Positions 8,960 through 18,897 of a stretch of 64,000 nt of DNA are shown one piece after another. The translations under genes and the position numbers were made by a program. This stretch comes from Coriobacteriia bacterium (lineage in GTDB: Bacteria > Actinomycetota > Coriobacteriia > WRKU01 > WQUG01). How positions within the stretch are numbered: the stretch's first letter is position 1; every line of letters begins with the position of its first letter. The stretch covers positions 1,857 through 65,856 of the forward strand of contig WRFR01000004.1 of the NCBI GenBank assembly GCA_009778715.1. Direction: 5' to 3'. The notes beneath the pieces are model-generated. The model was not told the DNA's origin, searched no databases, and was given only the letters and a program-made list of their open reading frames with translations.

Positions 8960-9918
8960 TGACCCCGTCTGTGACCTTGCGTACGCCGGATAAGGCGCCG
9001 ACCGCTGTGCCGCAACAGCACAAGAAAGCGGAGCTGACGCTGGTCTCGCGCTCGACGCAGATCAAAGAGCGCGCACTTTCCCTGTTGTTCTTCCTCTGCG
9101 CCATCGTTGCGGTGCTCGGTGTGGTGCTGATATTTGCGTTTGTGGCGGTCAGGGCCGTACCGCTCTTCAAGCAGATCGGCTTTTTAAACTTCATCGCGGG
9201 CACGAAGTGGTCAGTTGCCAACTCGCAGTTTGGCGTCGTGCCCTTTATCGTGGGCAGCGTTGTGGTGACCGCTGGCGCTCTGGCCATCGGCGCGCCACTC
9301 GCGATTCTGACCGCGCTCTTTCTTTCTGAGATCGCCGGCCCCCGGGCTCGTGCGGTCATCCGGCCCGCAGTCGAGTTGCTTGCCGGTATCCCGTCTGTGG
9401 TATACGGCTTCTTTGGTGTGACGGTAGTGGCCCCGCTTGTCGGCAGGATGTTTGGCGGGGCGGGCTTTGGCCCCTTGACGGCCTGGATCGTGCTTTCCAT
9501 TATGATCGTACCGACCATCTCGATGCTTTCAGAAGACGCACTCGACTCGATTCCGATGGGCATCCGTGAGGCGAGCTTCGCGATGGGCGCGACGCAGTGG
9601 CAGACCATCTACAAAGTTGTCTTGCCAGCCGCCAAGATCGGCATTATCGACGCGACGATACTGGGCATGGGACGTGCCATTGGCGAGACCATGGCCGTGC
9701 TTATGATCGTGGGCAACGCGCCGCAGATGTTTGCCGGCCTGACCAAGCCGATCGCCACGCTGACCAGCCAGATCGTTCTGGGCATGAGCTATGCTACCCC
9801 GGGCGCATTCCAGACCGCGCTCTTTGGTATGGCGGCCCTGCTGTTCATTATCTCGATGGGTCTGGTACTGACGGTGCGTATTTTGTCGCGCGGCAAGAGA
9901 GGGACTTACGATGCGTGA
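8956..9918 (+). CDS. pstC: phosphate ABC transporter permease PstC
   Basis: Multi-TM protein with the EAA-like loop of ABC permeases, positioned between pstS and pstA. Confidence 0.9.
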   Translation: MMTPSVTLRTPDKAPTAVPQQHKKAELTLVSRSTQIKERALSLLFFLCAIVAVLGVVLIFAFVAVRAVPLFKQIGFLNFIAGTKWSVANSQFGVVPFIVGSVVVTAGALAIGAPLAILTALFLSEIAGPRARAVIRPAVELLAGIPSVVYGFFGVTVVAPLVGRMFGGAGFGPLTAWIVLSIMIVPTISMLSEDALDSIPMGIREASFAMGATQWQTIYKVVLPAAKIGIIDATILGMGRAIGETMAVLMIVGNAPQMFAGLTKPIATLTSQIVLGMSYATPGAFQTALFGMAALLFIISMGLVLTVRILSRGKRGTYDA

Positions 9919-10846
9919 TCTCTTCGCCGAAGATCGTGAGCGCCTCAAGGAGCTTGGCCCCGATGCCATGGACAAGGCCGTGCGCAATCAGCGACGCCAG
10001 GCGCGCCGTTTCCGTGAGCGCTTCGCAAACAATGCGGCGCTGATGGTCCTTTCGATCGCGGCGGGCATCACGGTCATGGCGCTGGCGATCATCATCCTCT
10101 ACGTTCTCATCAATGGGGCGCCTGCGATCGCATCGCATTTCCCCAGCTTTATCTTTACCTGGCCGCATGGCGTCAACGCCGCCGGCGGCATCTGGCCGAC
10201 CATCGTCTCGACCATCTATGTGACGGCGCTCGCCATGCTCATCGCGACGCCGATCGCGGTGCTTGCCGCAGTCTATCTGGCTGAGTATGCCAAGCAGGGG
10301 CGCATCGTGACGATCATCCGCTTCGCCGCCGACTCGCTCGCCTCGGTGCCGTCGATCGTCATGGGGCTCTTTGGCCTGGCATTCTTCATCGAGGCTTTCC
10401 ATATCCCGATGTCGATGCTTTCTGCTGCGCTTGCGCTTTCGTTGCTTATGCTGCCGATTATCATGCGCGCGACCGAAGAAGCCATTCGCGCGGTACCTCG
10501 CTACATCCGCTGGGGCAGTTACGGGATGGGCGCGACCAAGTGGCAGACCGTCAGGAGGGTGGTGCTTCCCTGGGCTATGCCGCGCATCATCACCGGGTTG
10601 GTGCTTGCGATGGGGCGCGCGATCGGCGAGACCGCGGTCGTGTTCTACACGATGGGCATGGCGATCAACATGCCGGTCACACCGCTTGATTCAGGCCGCT
10701 CGATGGCGGTGCATCTGTATATGCTTGCAGTTGACGGCATCAACCTGAAGTCAGCTTATGGTACGGCGCTGATACTGATGGTCGTCATCCTGCTACTCAA
10801 CACCCTGGCTCATGCAATACAACGACGTTATCGGAAGGTTCGCTGA
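9911..10846 (+). CDS. pstA: phosphate ABC transporter permease PstA
   Basis: Multi-TM permease paralogous to PstC, overlapping neighbours in operon order. Confidence 0.9.
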   Translation: MRDLFAEDRERLKELGPDAMDKAVRNQRRQARRFRERFANNAALMVLSIAAGITVMALAIIILYVLINGAPAIASHFPSFIFTWPHGVNAAGGIWPTIVSTIYVTALAMLIATPIAVLAAVYLAEYAKQGRIVTIIRFAADSLASVPSIVMGLFGLAFFIEAFHIPMSMLSAALALSLLMLPIIMRATEEAIRAVPRYIRWGSYGMGATKWQTVRRVVLPWAMPRIITGLVLAMGRAIGETAVVFYTMGMAINMPVTPLDSGRSMAVHLYMLAVDGINLKSAYGTALILMVVILLLNTLAHAIQRRYRKVR

Positions 10847-10847
10847 T

Positions 10848-11711
10848 ATGGCTCTAGATCCCGTCAACACAGGCGCGCTTGCTCCTGCAGTCGTCCATGA
10901 CATGCCGGTTTATTCGACCCCCCTTGTCGCAGTCCCGGAAGAGACGACCTTTTTTGTGCGCAACATGGAGTTTCACTATGGGGATTTCCACGCGCTGACC
11001 AATGTCTCCCTTGATATCCACGATGATGCCATCACGGCGCTGATCGGGCCTTCTGGCTGCGGCAAGTCGACGTTTCTGCGCTGCCTGAACCGCATGAACG
11101 ACCTGATCGCCGGTACCAAGGTCGAGGGTTCAGTACTGTTTGGTGGCGCTGATATTTATGGCCCCGGCGTCGATCCGGTTGACTTGCGTCGCCGTGTGGG
11201 TATGATCTTTCAGCAGCCAAACCCCTTCCCTCAGTCGATCTATGACAACGTGGCTTACGGGCCGCGCTTGCAGGGCATCCGTAAGAAGTCCGAGCTTGAC
11301 GGCATCGTCGAAGACTCGCTGAAACGCGCTAACCTCTGGAAAGAAGTCAAAGACATCTTAAACAAGAATGGCCTGGCGATCTCCGGGGGACAGCAGCAGC
11401 GCCTCTGCATCGCGCGCGTGCTGGCGGTCGAGCCCGATGTCCTGCTCATGGACGAGCCTTGCAGCGCTATCGACCCGACCTCGGTTCAGAAGATCGAGGA
11501 CCTGATGGCCGAGATCAAAGACGAAGTCACGACGATCATTGTCACGCACAATATGCAGCAAGCCGCCCGCGTGAGCGACTATACCTCGTTCTTCCTCCAG
11601 GAAGTTGCAGGAGAGCCGGCCGTGTTGGTGGAGTCTGGCAAGACCAACGACATCTTCACCGCGCCGCTCGACAAACGGACTGAAGACTACATAACCGGTA
11701 GGTTCGGCTAA
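10848..11711 (+). CDS. pstB: phosphate ABC transporter ATP-binding protein PstB
   Basis: Motifs [19 protein letters not shown] (Walker A), [16 protein letters not shown] and LLMDEP are present. ATG 10848 sits 1 nt after the pstA stop. Alternative start at 10812. Confidence 0.9.
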   Translation: MALDPVNTGALAPAVVHDMPVYSTPLVAVPEETTFFVRNMEFHYGDFHALTNVSLDIHDDAITALIGPSGCGKSTFLRCLNRMNDLIAGTKVEGSVLFGGADIYGPGVDPVDLRRRVGMIFQQPNPFPQSIYDNVAYGPRLQGIRKKSELDGIVEDSLKRANLWKEVKDILNKNGLAISGGQQQRLCIARVLAVEPDVLLMDEPCSAIDPTSVQKIEDLMAEIKDEVTTIIVTHNMQQAARVSDYTSFFLQEVAGEPAVLVESGKTNDIFTAPLDKRTEDYITGRFG

Positions 11712-11885
11712 ACGCGTTTAAGGCCCTGAGGTAAAGATTTTGTAAAGATATGAGTCCGTTCTTGTAAGATTATCTGCCGTTCTCGTGACAGAATGCCCAT
11801 CGGCTGCGTACAGATGATATAAAAGAATAGGAAACCTGTACGAAAAAGAAAGGAACAGTCGAACCCTCGACAGTAAGAATATATT

Positions 11886-12578
11886 ATGAGAGAGCAATTC
11901 AAACAACAACTGGCAGAGATCAAAGCCGAGGTCGTGAGTATCCTTGCTGATGTGGAAGTTCTGGTACGCCAGGCGACCACAGCGCTGATAGAAGGCGACT
12001 CTGAGTTTGCAAAGCAGCTGGTGGCAAGTGACGACGAGTTCGATCGCCGTACGCTTGCCGTCGAAGACCGGGTCCTTGAGACTATCGCAACGCAGTTCCC
12101 GGTGGCACGCGACTTGCGTATGCTCCACTCGATGGCGTTCATCGCGATGTACGAGGAGCGCATGGCCGACCTTGCCGCTAATATCGCGAAGACCGCGGTG
12201 CGCGTTACGGACAAAGAGGGTACGCCCCGCGCACCCCAGAGTTTGGCAGACCTGATCGAGGAGCAAGGCGATCTGGTGACGCAAGTTCTTGCGGCTACGC
12301 GTGAGGCACTTGAAACAAACAACCTGGAGCTGGCGCTTAAACTGCCCGAGATGGATATCCCCATCGATGTGCTTTACAAGCAGTTCTTCCGGGCTTTGGC
12401 GCACCTGACCGATGAGAAGGAGATCGAGTGGGCAAGCCGCATGGTCATGTCTTCACGCTATCTGGAGCGCATCAGCGATAACGCCATTGATATCGGGGAG
12501 CGCATCGTATTCCTGATCACAGGAGAGCGTGACGCTTATGACGAGATTGAACTCAGTGAGCAGGGTGAACGCAAGTAA
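11886..12578 (+). CDS. phoU: phosphate transport system regulatory protein PhoU
   Basis: Two PhoU repeats (..EGDSEFAKQLVASDDEFD.. and ..LPEMDIPID..). Confidence 0.9.
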   Translation: MREQFKQQLAEIKAEVVSILADVEVLVRQATTALIEGDSEFAKQLVASDDEFDRRTLAVEDRVLETIATQFPVARDLRMLHSMAFIAMYEERMADLAANIAKTAVRVTDKEGTPRAPQSLADLIEEQGDLVTQVLAATREALETNNLELALKLPEMDIPIDVLYKQFFRALAHLTDEKEIEWASRMVMSSRYLERISDNAIDIGERIVFLITGERDAYDEIELSEQGERK

Positions 12579-12585
12579 CATAGAG

Positions 12586-13302
12586 ATGAGCGCGGAGCGC
12601 TTGGCGCACAACCTCGCGCAGGTGCGCGCGCGCATCGACGCTGCAGCCTTGCGTGCAGGCAGGGACCCCGTTGAGGTGACGCTGGTCGCCGTTTCAAAAA
12701 CGGTGAGTCCGGAGGTAGCTGCCCAGATGGTTGCTGCGGGGCAATCGATCCTGGGGGAGAACCGTGTTGATCGATTCCTGGAAAAGCATGTCGCGATCCC
12801 CGATGCTCAGATCCACCTGATTGGTAGTCTGCAGACCAACAAGGTTCGTTTCGTGGTGGGGCAAGCCCCGCTCATCCACTCAGTCGATAGCCGCCATCTG
12901 CTCGAAAAGATCCAGGCGCGGGCGGCGGCGATCGATATGATACAGCCCGTACTTCTGGAAGTCAACATCAGCGGCGAGGAAACAAAGCACGGCCTGATGC
13001 CCGATGAGGCGCGCGATCTGGCCACGGCAGTTGCTACTGATGAGCTTCATGCCCCCAATATTGAGATAAACGGCCTGATGACGATGGCGCCACTCGATAG
13101 TCCTGAAGCGGTACGCTGGGTGTTCAGGGACCTGAGAGGCCTGCGCGATGTGCTACGTGACTCGTTGCGCCCGGCGCCTTGCTGTGAGCGAGTCAAAATG
13201 TGCGAGCTCTCGATGGGGATGAGTAATGACTTCGAAGTCGCCATCGAGGAGGGTGCTACTCTGGTCCGTGTTGGAACATCGCTGTTCAAGGAGACGGATT
13301 GA
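12586..13302 (+). CDS. yggS: YggS/YlmE family pyridoxal-phosphate homeostasis protein (PLPHP)
   Basis: Motifs LVAVSKT (PLP lysine), ILGENRVD, IHLIGSLQTNKV and MGMSNDFEVAIEEGATLVRVGTSLF are present. ATG 12586 follows the phoU stop. The ORF-track start at 12529 overlaps phoU. Confidence 0.85.
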   Translation: MSAERLAHNLAQVRARIDAAALRAGRDPVEVTLVAVSKTVSPEVAAQMVAAGQSILGENRVDRFLEKHVAIPDAQIHLIGSLQTNKVRFVVGQAPLIHSVDSRHLLEKIQARAAAIDMIQPVLLEVNISGEETKHGLMPDEARDLATAVATDELHAPNIEINGLMTMAPLDSPEAVRWVFRDLRGLRDVLRDSLRPAPCCERVKMCELSMGMSNDFEVAIEEGATLVRVGTSLFKETD

Positions 13303-13303
13303 T

Positions 13304-13858
13304 ATGAGCATGTGGGAGAACGTAAAGTCGAAGTTCGGTTTCAGCGACGAGGACTACGACGAGTACGACGGATATGATGAGTATGAAGAGGAAGCGTCCG
13401 AGCAGGCGCCTGTTTCAGGCTCATCCAACTCATACGAGTATGAATCTCCCTATGGTTCGGGAGCCAGTGCTGGTTCAGTGCGCATGCGTCCCCGTACCCC
13501 CGACCTTGAGCGCGCATCCGCGATGACGGGCTCTCCGCTGCGTTCCGTACCCACGGGACCTGCTTCGGTCGCTCCGATGACGCCCCAGGTCCGCATTCAT
13601 AACGCGCGTCCGACCAGCTTTGAAGAGGTCAGCGTTCTGGCGGATAAGTTTAAGGCGGGAACCCCGGTGATTCTTGACCTGACGCGGGTTCCAGCTGCTC
13701 AGCAACGCCGTTTCATCGATTTCGCTTCGGGGCTTACCTATGCGCTTGACGGGGGAATCTCAAAAGTGGCGGATCTTATTTTCATGCTTACGCCCCATAA
13801 CGTTGAGATGCAGGATCTCGATCAGCATAAGTTCGGCTCTGCGCGCACCATCTTCTGA
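13304..13858 (+). CDS. sepF: cell division protein SepF
   Basis: Acidic DEDYDEYDGYDEYEEE N-terminal linker. The conserved SepF/DUF552 core reads FEEVSVLADKFKAGTPVILDLTRV...IDFASGLTYALDGGISKVADLIFMLTP. ATG 13304 follows the yggS stop. Confidence 0.85.
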   Translation: MSMWENVKSKFGFSDEDYDEYDGYDEYEEEASEQAPVSGSSNSYEYESPYGSGASAGSVRMRPRTPDLERASAMTGSPLRSVPTGPASVAPMTPQVRIHNARPTSFEEVSVLADKFKAGTPVILDLTRVPAAQQRRFIDFASGLTYALDGGISKVADLIFMLTPHNVEMQDLDQHKFGSARTIF

Positions 13859-13861
13859 AGC

Positions 13862-14005
13862 ACGCTAGATGCCCGTTGAGTGCGTTCCTGCAAAGTTCAC
13901 GTACTAAAGTACGCCACACTTTACAGCGCCTTCTCAACGAACATCAATCGTGCTTTATCTGCCGGCAATCGTTTCGCGGCGCCTTGCCAGTGGGCGTTGA
14001 TCGCA
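13862..14005. repeat. family-1 repeat element, degenerate copy D, starting 3 nt after the sepF stop
   Basis: gttcctgcaaagttcacgtactaaagtacgccacactttacagcgccttctcaac... and cgtttcgcggcgccttgccagtgggcg share the ccgcaaag/ctttgcgg and gccttgtcagg modules with copy A. Confidence 0.5.
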
Positions 14006-14063
14006 TTTTTAGACTCCGTAGTATACTGATAAAGCAAACTCTACTTAAGGAGATTCATCGTAT

Positions 14064-14915
14064 ATGGCGACACAGAACACAATAGGCCGCGTAGCAGTGA
14101 TCGGGGCGGGCAAGATGGGCTCGGCCTTGTTGGCTGGGTTCCTGAAGTCCAGGCTGGTCAACCCACGCAAGGCTGTGATCGTTGAGCACAACGCAGCTCG
14201 GCGCGCTCAACTTGAGGAAGAGTTTCCTGGGGTGACCTGTATGCAGAAGGCGACCCAACTCGAGTTGACTGCGGGTGATATTTGCCTGATAGCGGTTCAC
14301 CCTGAGACGGTTTGCGAGGTGCTCGCTCAGCTGCGCAATCGCCTGGGCGGGGCGCTGGTCGTCTCGATCGCTGGCGGCGTCACGATAGAGCAACTTCAAG
14401 GCGCGCTCCTTCCGGGATCGCCCGTGGTCCGGGTCATGCCGAACACGCCAGCCATGGTAGGCGAGGCGATGTCACTTTTGACTCCGGGTGAGCACGTGAA
14501 CAAGGCTGCGCTCAAGCTCGTGGTGAAGTTGTTCGAGAGCGTTGGGCGTGCCTGCGTCATCCCCGAAGAGCTTCAGCCTGCTGGCTCGGCGCTGTCGGGG
14601 AGCGGCCCTGCTTACTTTGCCCTGGTCGCAACAGCATTGACACGTGCCGGGGTATCCAATGGCCTACCTTTGGCGCTCGCTAATGAGTTGTCCGTGCAGA
14701 CCATGCTGGGTACTGCCCGGCTGCTCCAGGAGAGCGGCATGCATACCGAGACGCTGATCGACGCCGTCTCAAGCCCCGGGGGTACGACCGCGGTTGCCAT
14801 CGAAAAGCTTGAAGCGGCTGGCTTGCGCGCTGCTTTTACCAACGCGGTCAATGCAGCGGTTGCTCGTACCTTCGAGCAGGGATCTGATCACAGAGCAGAT
14901 ACAAATGCCGGATAA
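14064..14915 (+). CDS. proC: pyrroline-5-carboxylate reductase
   Basis: Rossmann motif VAVIGAGKMGSAL. ProC-like C-terminal dimerisation region SPGGTT. Confidence 0.9.
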   Translation: MATQNTIGRVAVIGAGKMGSALLAGFLKSRLVNPRKAVIVEHNAARRAQLEEEFPGVTCMQKATQLELTAGDICLIAVHPETVCEVLAQLRNRLGGALVVSIAGGVTIEQLQGALLPGSPVVRVMPNTPAMVGEAMSLLTPGEHVNKAALKLVVKLFESVGRACVIPEELQPAGSALSGSGPAYFALVATALTRAGVSNGLPLALANELSVQTMLGTARLLQESGMHTETLIDAVSSPGGTTAVAIEKLEAAGLRAAFTNAVNAAVARTFEQGSDHRADTNAG

Positions 14916-14967
14916 TGATAAAATGGCAAGCAATACCGGTTCACTGAATGAGAGCGAGAAAAACACC

Positions 14968-15987
14968 ATGAAGATCACTGCGCTTGATATCCATCAGAAA
15001 GAATTCGCTCGTGGTATGAGAGGCTACCGCGAAGCTGAAGTAGACTCCTATCTGGATCAGTTGGCCGTCGAGGTCGACGGGGCTGAAAAGCGTATCAAAG
15101 AGCTTGAAGAGCAGGCGGCGATGCTGGAGTCGCGGGATGCAAGCCTTGCGGCAGAGCGCAATACGATCAACAACACCCTGCTGACGGCTCAGCGAGCTGC
15201 TGACACGATGCTCAAGAAGGCGCAGACTGAATGTGCCGATACGCTTGAGGCGGCGCAGCGGCAGGCGGAGGCACAGTTGGAGAGTGCGCGCCAGCAAGCT
15301 GACCGTATTGTCGAGGACGCGCGGCAGAAGCGCCATCAGGTAATTGGTAGCTTCGCTCGCCTTCAGGGAGAGCAAGAGAAGTTCCGCAATGGCTATCTTG
15401 CCCAGCTGGAAAGCTTTCTGGCCGCAGTACGTAAGCTTGAGGCGGATTCTCGCGCATCAGTCGAGGAGATCGTGGTACCTCAGGATCTGAAAGAAGAGCT
15501 TTCGATGGCGCAACAGGCAGCCGTTGAAACGGATATAAGAGAGTCTGCTCCGGCCTCGTCAGAGACTGTTGCCCCGCCTGTTCCACCTGCTCAACAGCCG
15601 GCTGCACCAGCTCCGGCTCCGGAACCAGTTCAGCCAGCGCCGACTCCCCGTGCGGCTAAGGCTGTGCCAGCCAGTGCAGACGAAGACAAGGGGCCATTGG
15701 CTGCTGCCTTAGAGGAGTCCGACTTCTTTGAAGAGGAGAAGAAACCGTCGCCGAAGGGCGCCGACGAGTCAACCCTGTCGCAGGCGCCTGTGAAATCTGC
15801 GCCTGCGCCAGCTCCCGCTCCTGCGCCTGCGGCTCCTGCGGCAAAGCCTGCTTCAAAGGCCGCAAAGGCCAAGGCGCCGGCTCCTGCACCTGCAAAGGCG
15901 GCTGAAGCAAAAGCGCCTGAAGCGCCCTCGGTCGATCAGTGGGGCGACATGGATGATAATGATCTCGACATCGAAGAAATCGACTAA
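14968..15987 (+). CDS. divIVA: DivIVA-family cell division/polar growth protein with a Pro/Ala-rich C-terminal low-complexity tail
   Basis: N-terminus MKITALDIHQKEFARGMRGYREAEVDSYLDQL matches the DivIVA lipid-binding domain. Long coiled-coil follows. The C-terminus has PAPAPAPAP repeats. Alternative upstream starts at 14923 and 14905. Confidence 0.8.
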   Translation: MKITALDIHQKEFARGMRGYREAEVDSYLDQLAVEVDGAEKRIKELEEQAAMLESRDASLAAERNTINNTLLTAQRAADTMLKKAQTECADTLEAAQRQAEAQLESARQQADRIVEDARQKRHQVIGSFARLQGEQEKFRNGYLAQLESFLAAVRKLEADSRASVEEIVVPQDLKEELSMAQQAAVETDIRESAPASSETVAPPVPPAQQPAAPAPAPEPVQPAPTPRAAKAVPASADEDKGPLAAALEESDFFEEEKKPSPKGADESTLSQAPVKSAPAPAPAPAPAAPAAKPASKAAKAKAPAPAPAKAAEAKAPEAPSVDQWGDMDDNDLDIEEID

Positions 15988-16087
15988 GACGAGCCTAAAC
16001 GCCGTCTGACGTCGTTCCCGCAAAGCTCACGGCCTTTAAGGCCGCATCGCTTTGCGGTGCCTTGTCAGGCGACGTTTATTTCTCGTC
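15988..16087. repeat. ~100-nt imperfect-palindrome repeat element (family 1, copy A) immediately after the divIVA stop codon
   Basis: gacgagcctaaacgccgtctgacgtcgttcccgcaaagctcacggcctttaaggccgcatcgctttgcggtgccttgtcaggcgacgtttatttctcgtc. Terminal inverted repeat gacgag/ctcgtc. Nested hairpins ccgcaaagc..gctttgcgg and ggcctttaaggcc. Confidence 0.7.
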
Positions 16088-16150
16088 TTAATGTTCACAA
16101 TGCCCAATGAGGGCCTTTCTTTATGTCTTACACGAAACGATCCGTACCTT

Positions 16151-17536
16151 TTAGTGATGGCCGACCACCTGGAAGCTGGCGAGGGTAAGGCCGCCGGCAT
16201 GGCCGAAGATGAGGGCTTCTTGCCCGGCGCGTGAGTAGACACCTGCCAGATCCCCGTTGTACATATAGAGCCCGGTAAGGTCCTGAAAGGGCTCAAGTTG
16301 CGGTTCGCACAGCTGCTGCGGTTGACCACCGATGGGCAGCGAATAGACGTTGCGGATGTTAGTCGCACGGTATTGCTCAACGTATTCCTGAATGATATAG
16401 CCGGTATCGATCTTCTCGCGGATCGTTTGCTCCCATTCTGCCTGGCTGACGCCGCGTCCCGCAACGACTCCGCGCGCGGCATAAAGATCAAGCGGCTTGA
16501 TGATCCAGCGATCCTTACTGGCGAGAACATCGTTAAGGTCGACTGTGTCATTCTGCAAGCGCCAGGTGGCCGGGACATGATCGGCAACGAAGGCTGCCTC
16601 TTCAGGCGTCAATAGCGCATGGGTCTCGGGCCGGTGCAGGACCTCGAAGATGATCTTGGCATGAGCGACCTGAGTCTGAAATCCTCCTACGAGGCAAACT
16701 GCTCCAGCGCGTGCGGCGGCAAGGAAATCAGGTACCTCATCGTAGTGCGCCATGATATCAGTAGTGACCGCGCGGCGATAGAGGGCGTCGACGGGTTGTC
16801 CGTCAGTGGTCCTCAGTTGTTGTCCGTTCCACTGGAGCGTACGGATGTCGATAACCTCACAGTCGACGCCGCGAGCACGGAAACGGCGGGCGAACTCTTC
16901 CTGCTCTGCCGTGGTTGCCTCTTCCTGGAAGTCAACGATGGCGGCTCGGGGTAAAGCGTCGTGGGAGCCGCGGCGTAAAGACCAGTCCTGGTAGGTCTTT
17001 AGAAACGCCTCGACCCAGCTGTCGAAAAGCTCGAATGGCTGCAGTTCGTAGCCGCGTTTGAGCATCAGCTGAAACGCAGGGGTCTTTGCCAGGGCGGCGC
17101 AGAGCTCCCGGTCCTCGTTCATGGCAGAGGCGCCGTCGGTATTCAGTTCGCAGAACTTGAAGGCGCCGCTGTTTGCCTGGTAGAAGATATCAGCGCGCAT
17201 GATCGGGATCGGGCTCTCATAGCCGGGGTCAAGCAGGATCAGCTCCTCAAGGCGCTCATCAAAGCCGAAGAGCGCGCGATAGTGAGAATCTGCCTTGTAG
17301 CGAGTGATTACTTTTGCCAGGATATCGTACAGGGTGCTGACAATGTCACTGAACTGCTCGATAACTGAGGGCGGGTAGAGTTTGGGCAGGTAGGCGAAGT
17401 TGATCACCTCACCGTGATAGATCGCCGTTGAACTTGCCATGGCGCGCGCTGCTACAAGCTGGCCAGCACTGTCCAGTCCCGGGAGGCTGCAGACGATCTC
17501 TTTGTATTCCGCGTGGAGTTCGGGCGCGCTTTTCAT
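16151..17536 (-). CDS. ATP-grasp-superfamily carboxylate-amine ligase, possible glutathione synthetase / glutathionylspermidine-synthase-like
   Basis: 461-aa ORF translationally coupled (4-nt overlap) to the upstream gshA-like gene. C-terminal IIKPLDLYAARGVVAGRG resembles ATP-grasp nucleotide-binding regions. Exact family not resolvable by eye. Confidence 0.35.
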   Translation of the reverse strand: MKSAPELHAEYKEIVCSLPGLDSAGQLVAARAMASSTAIYHGEVINFAYLPKLYPPSVIEQFSDIVSTLYDILAKVITRYKADSHYRALFGFDERLEELILLDPGYESPIPIMRADIFYQANSGAFKFCELNTDGASAMNEDRELCAALAKTPAFQLMLKRGYELQPFELFDSWVEAFLKTYQDWSLRRGSHDALPRAAIVDFQEEATTAEQEEFARRFRARGVDCEVIDIRTLQWNGQQLRTTDGQPVDALYRRAVTTDIMAHYDEVPDFLAAARAGAVCLVGGFQTQVAHAKIIFEVLHRPETHALLTPEEAAFVADHVPATWRLQNDTVDLNDVLASKDRWIIKPLDLYAARGVVAGRGVSQAEWEQTIREKIDTGYIIQEYVEQYRATNIRNVYSLPIGGQPQQLCEPQLEPFQDLTGLYMYNGDLAGVYSRAGQEALIFGHAGGLTLASFQVVGHH

Positions 17537-18795
17537 GCGCGCGCCTCACGGGGAGTCAGCTTCTTCGCGACAAGTTCTGCGAGGGGCTTGAGGTAGTGCC
17601 GCTCATCTTCTGGCAGGTTGTGGTCTGCCAGTTCAACAATCAGGTTGAGCCAGGCGGTGGCAGGAAAGTCATAGACACAAGCTTCGTAGCCCTGCGTGCG
17701 CAGAGCCTCTTTGGCCGTCGCCACATCAGCGGCGCTGCGTTCGCTCATCTTCAGTTGCTGGCTGAGATCTGCCACCGTATCGCTGTCGTAGAAGACCCCC
17801 TTAATCAGCGCTGTCCAGGCTAGCGCCAGGTCAATGTCCATGCTGTCGGCCATGCGAATCTCAACGTAGTTCTTCAGGCGTACGTCGAAGAAGAACATCG
17901 AGAGCAGATGCTCGATCTCTGTACGGCTCATAAGTCGGTCACGGTAGAGCTCAGCAGCACTGTGGCCGTTTGCGTCGCTGAAAGTCCCGTCTGCACAGGG
18001 ACAGACGACCAGCGGAGCCGAATAAAGCGTACATGCATAGCTGGCAAACCCGAAGTCGGAGTCGAAAAGGCCGGACACGGTATTACAACGGACGGGGTCA
18101 ACGTTGTCCCAGATCTGAGTGCGGATCATGCGGCCGTCGGCGTCTGCGCCCTCGTAGCGGCTGGCGGTATCGGTTGCCAGGGCGAACAAGGGACCGAGCA
18201 GGGTGGCAAGGCGCGTCTTGAGTACCGCATCGGCCTCGTCGGTGTAGTCGATCGAGACCTGGGTCGAGGCGCTGCCCCGCATCATCTGGCGCCCACAGGT
18301 ACCAGTCGTCTGAAAGTAGGCGTCCATGAAGCGGTAGCGGTTCTTAGGGATGAGCTCGACATCATCGGCGCGCAGGTCAGGACGATAACCCTGGCGCAAG
18401 AGGTGTTGGCTGCGCGTGGTAAGGCGATCCTCGATCTCTGTGACAAAGCGTGCGTAGCTTTCCTCAAGCTGATGGATGCGGCAGAAGGGTCCCGTGCTTA
18501 TCTCGACCTGGGCGCCTGGCTCCAGGGTCAGAGTGGTGCCGGGGCGCGCCAGCCCCAGCCGATGTGTTCCCTCGCGCATCTCAGTTTCATAGTCGACCCG
18601 CAGTTCGCTAAGCAGCTGTTCGATGCCGCCAGGTCCAGAGAAGGGAACACTGGTCCCCGCGTCAGTCATGACGAATTGCTCCAGCTCAAGACCCAGCCTG
18701 CAGGCGCAGGCCTTGTCGCCGCTGCTCAAATAGGTAGCGATCGCGGCGGTATTGCGTTCAGTGAAATCAGCTTGCTGCTCTGGGCCCATGCTCAT
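17533..18795 (-). CDS. glutamate--cysteine ligase (GshA-like carboxylate-amine ligase)
   Basis: RLGLELEQFVMTDAGTSVPFSGPGGIEQLLSEL aligns with the E. coli GshA N-terminal RGLERETLRVNADGTL..GHPEALGSAL. YVEIRMADSMDIDLALAWTALIKGVFY aligns with YIEVRSLDINPFSPIGV...FMVWC. Confidence 0.55.
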   Translation of the reverse strand: MSMGPEQQADFTERNTAAIATYLSSGDKACACRLGLELEQFVMTDAGTSVPFSGPGGIEQLLSELRVDYETEMREGTHRLGLARPGTTLTLEPGAQVEISTGPFCRIHQLEESYARFVTEIEDRLTTRSQHLLRQGYRPDLRADDVELIPKNRYRFMDAYFQTTGTCGRQMMRGSASTQVSIDYTDEADAVLKTRLATLLGPLFALATDTASRYEGADADGRMIRTQIWDNVDPVRCNTVSGLFDSDFGFASYACTLYSAPLVVCPCADGTFSDANGHSAAELYRDRLMSRTEIEHLLSMFFFDVRLKNYVEIRMADSMDIDLALAWTALIKGVFYDSDTVADLSQQLKMSERSAADVATAKEALRTQGYEACVYDFPATAWLNLIVELADHNLPEDERHYLKPLAELVAKKLTPREARA

Positions 18796-18897
18796 CTTCT
18801 CTCTGTGTTGGAAGTATCTATTGTAGTCTATTGCCTGGTATCTGTATGTGGCAGCAGAACTCGCATTTGTGTTCCCTCCGCTGCTGCGTGCCAGGTA

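Noticed and set aside
9529-10402. Several 150-185-aa ORFs antisense or out of frame within pstC/pstA
   Set aside because: Overlap conserved permease genes. Arg/Asp/His-rich artefactual translations.
11708-12404. Two overlapping ~220-aa minus-strand ORFs across phoU
   Set aside because: Antisense to a strongly supported PhoU gene. No start context and compositionally biased translations.
13876-14085. 69-aa ORF between sepF and proC, at the usual position of yggT/ylmG
   Set aside because: Sequence is not membrane-protein-like (YggT is a small TM protein). The region is occupied by the family-1 repeat element, so the ORF is probably a by-product of the repeat.
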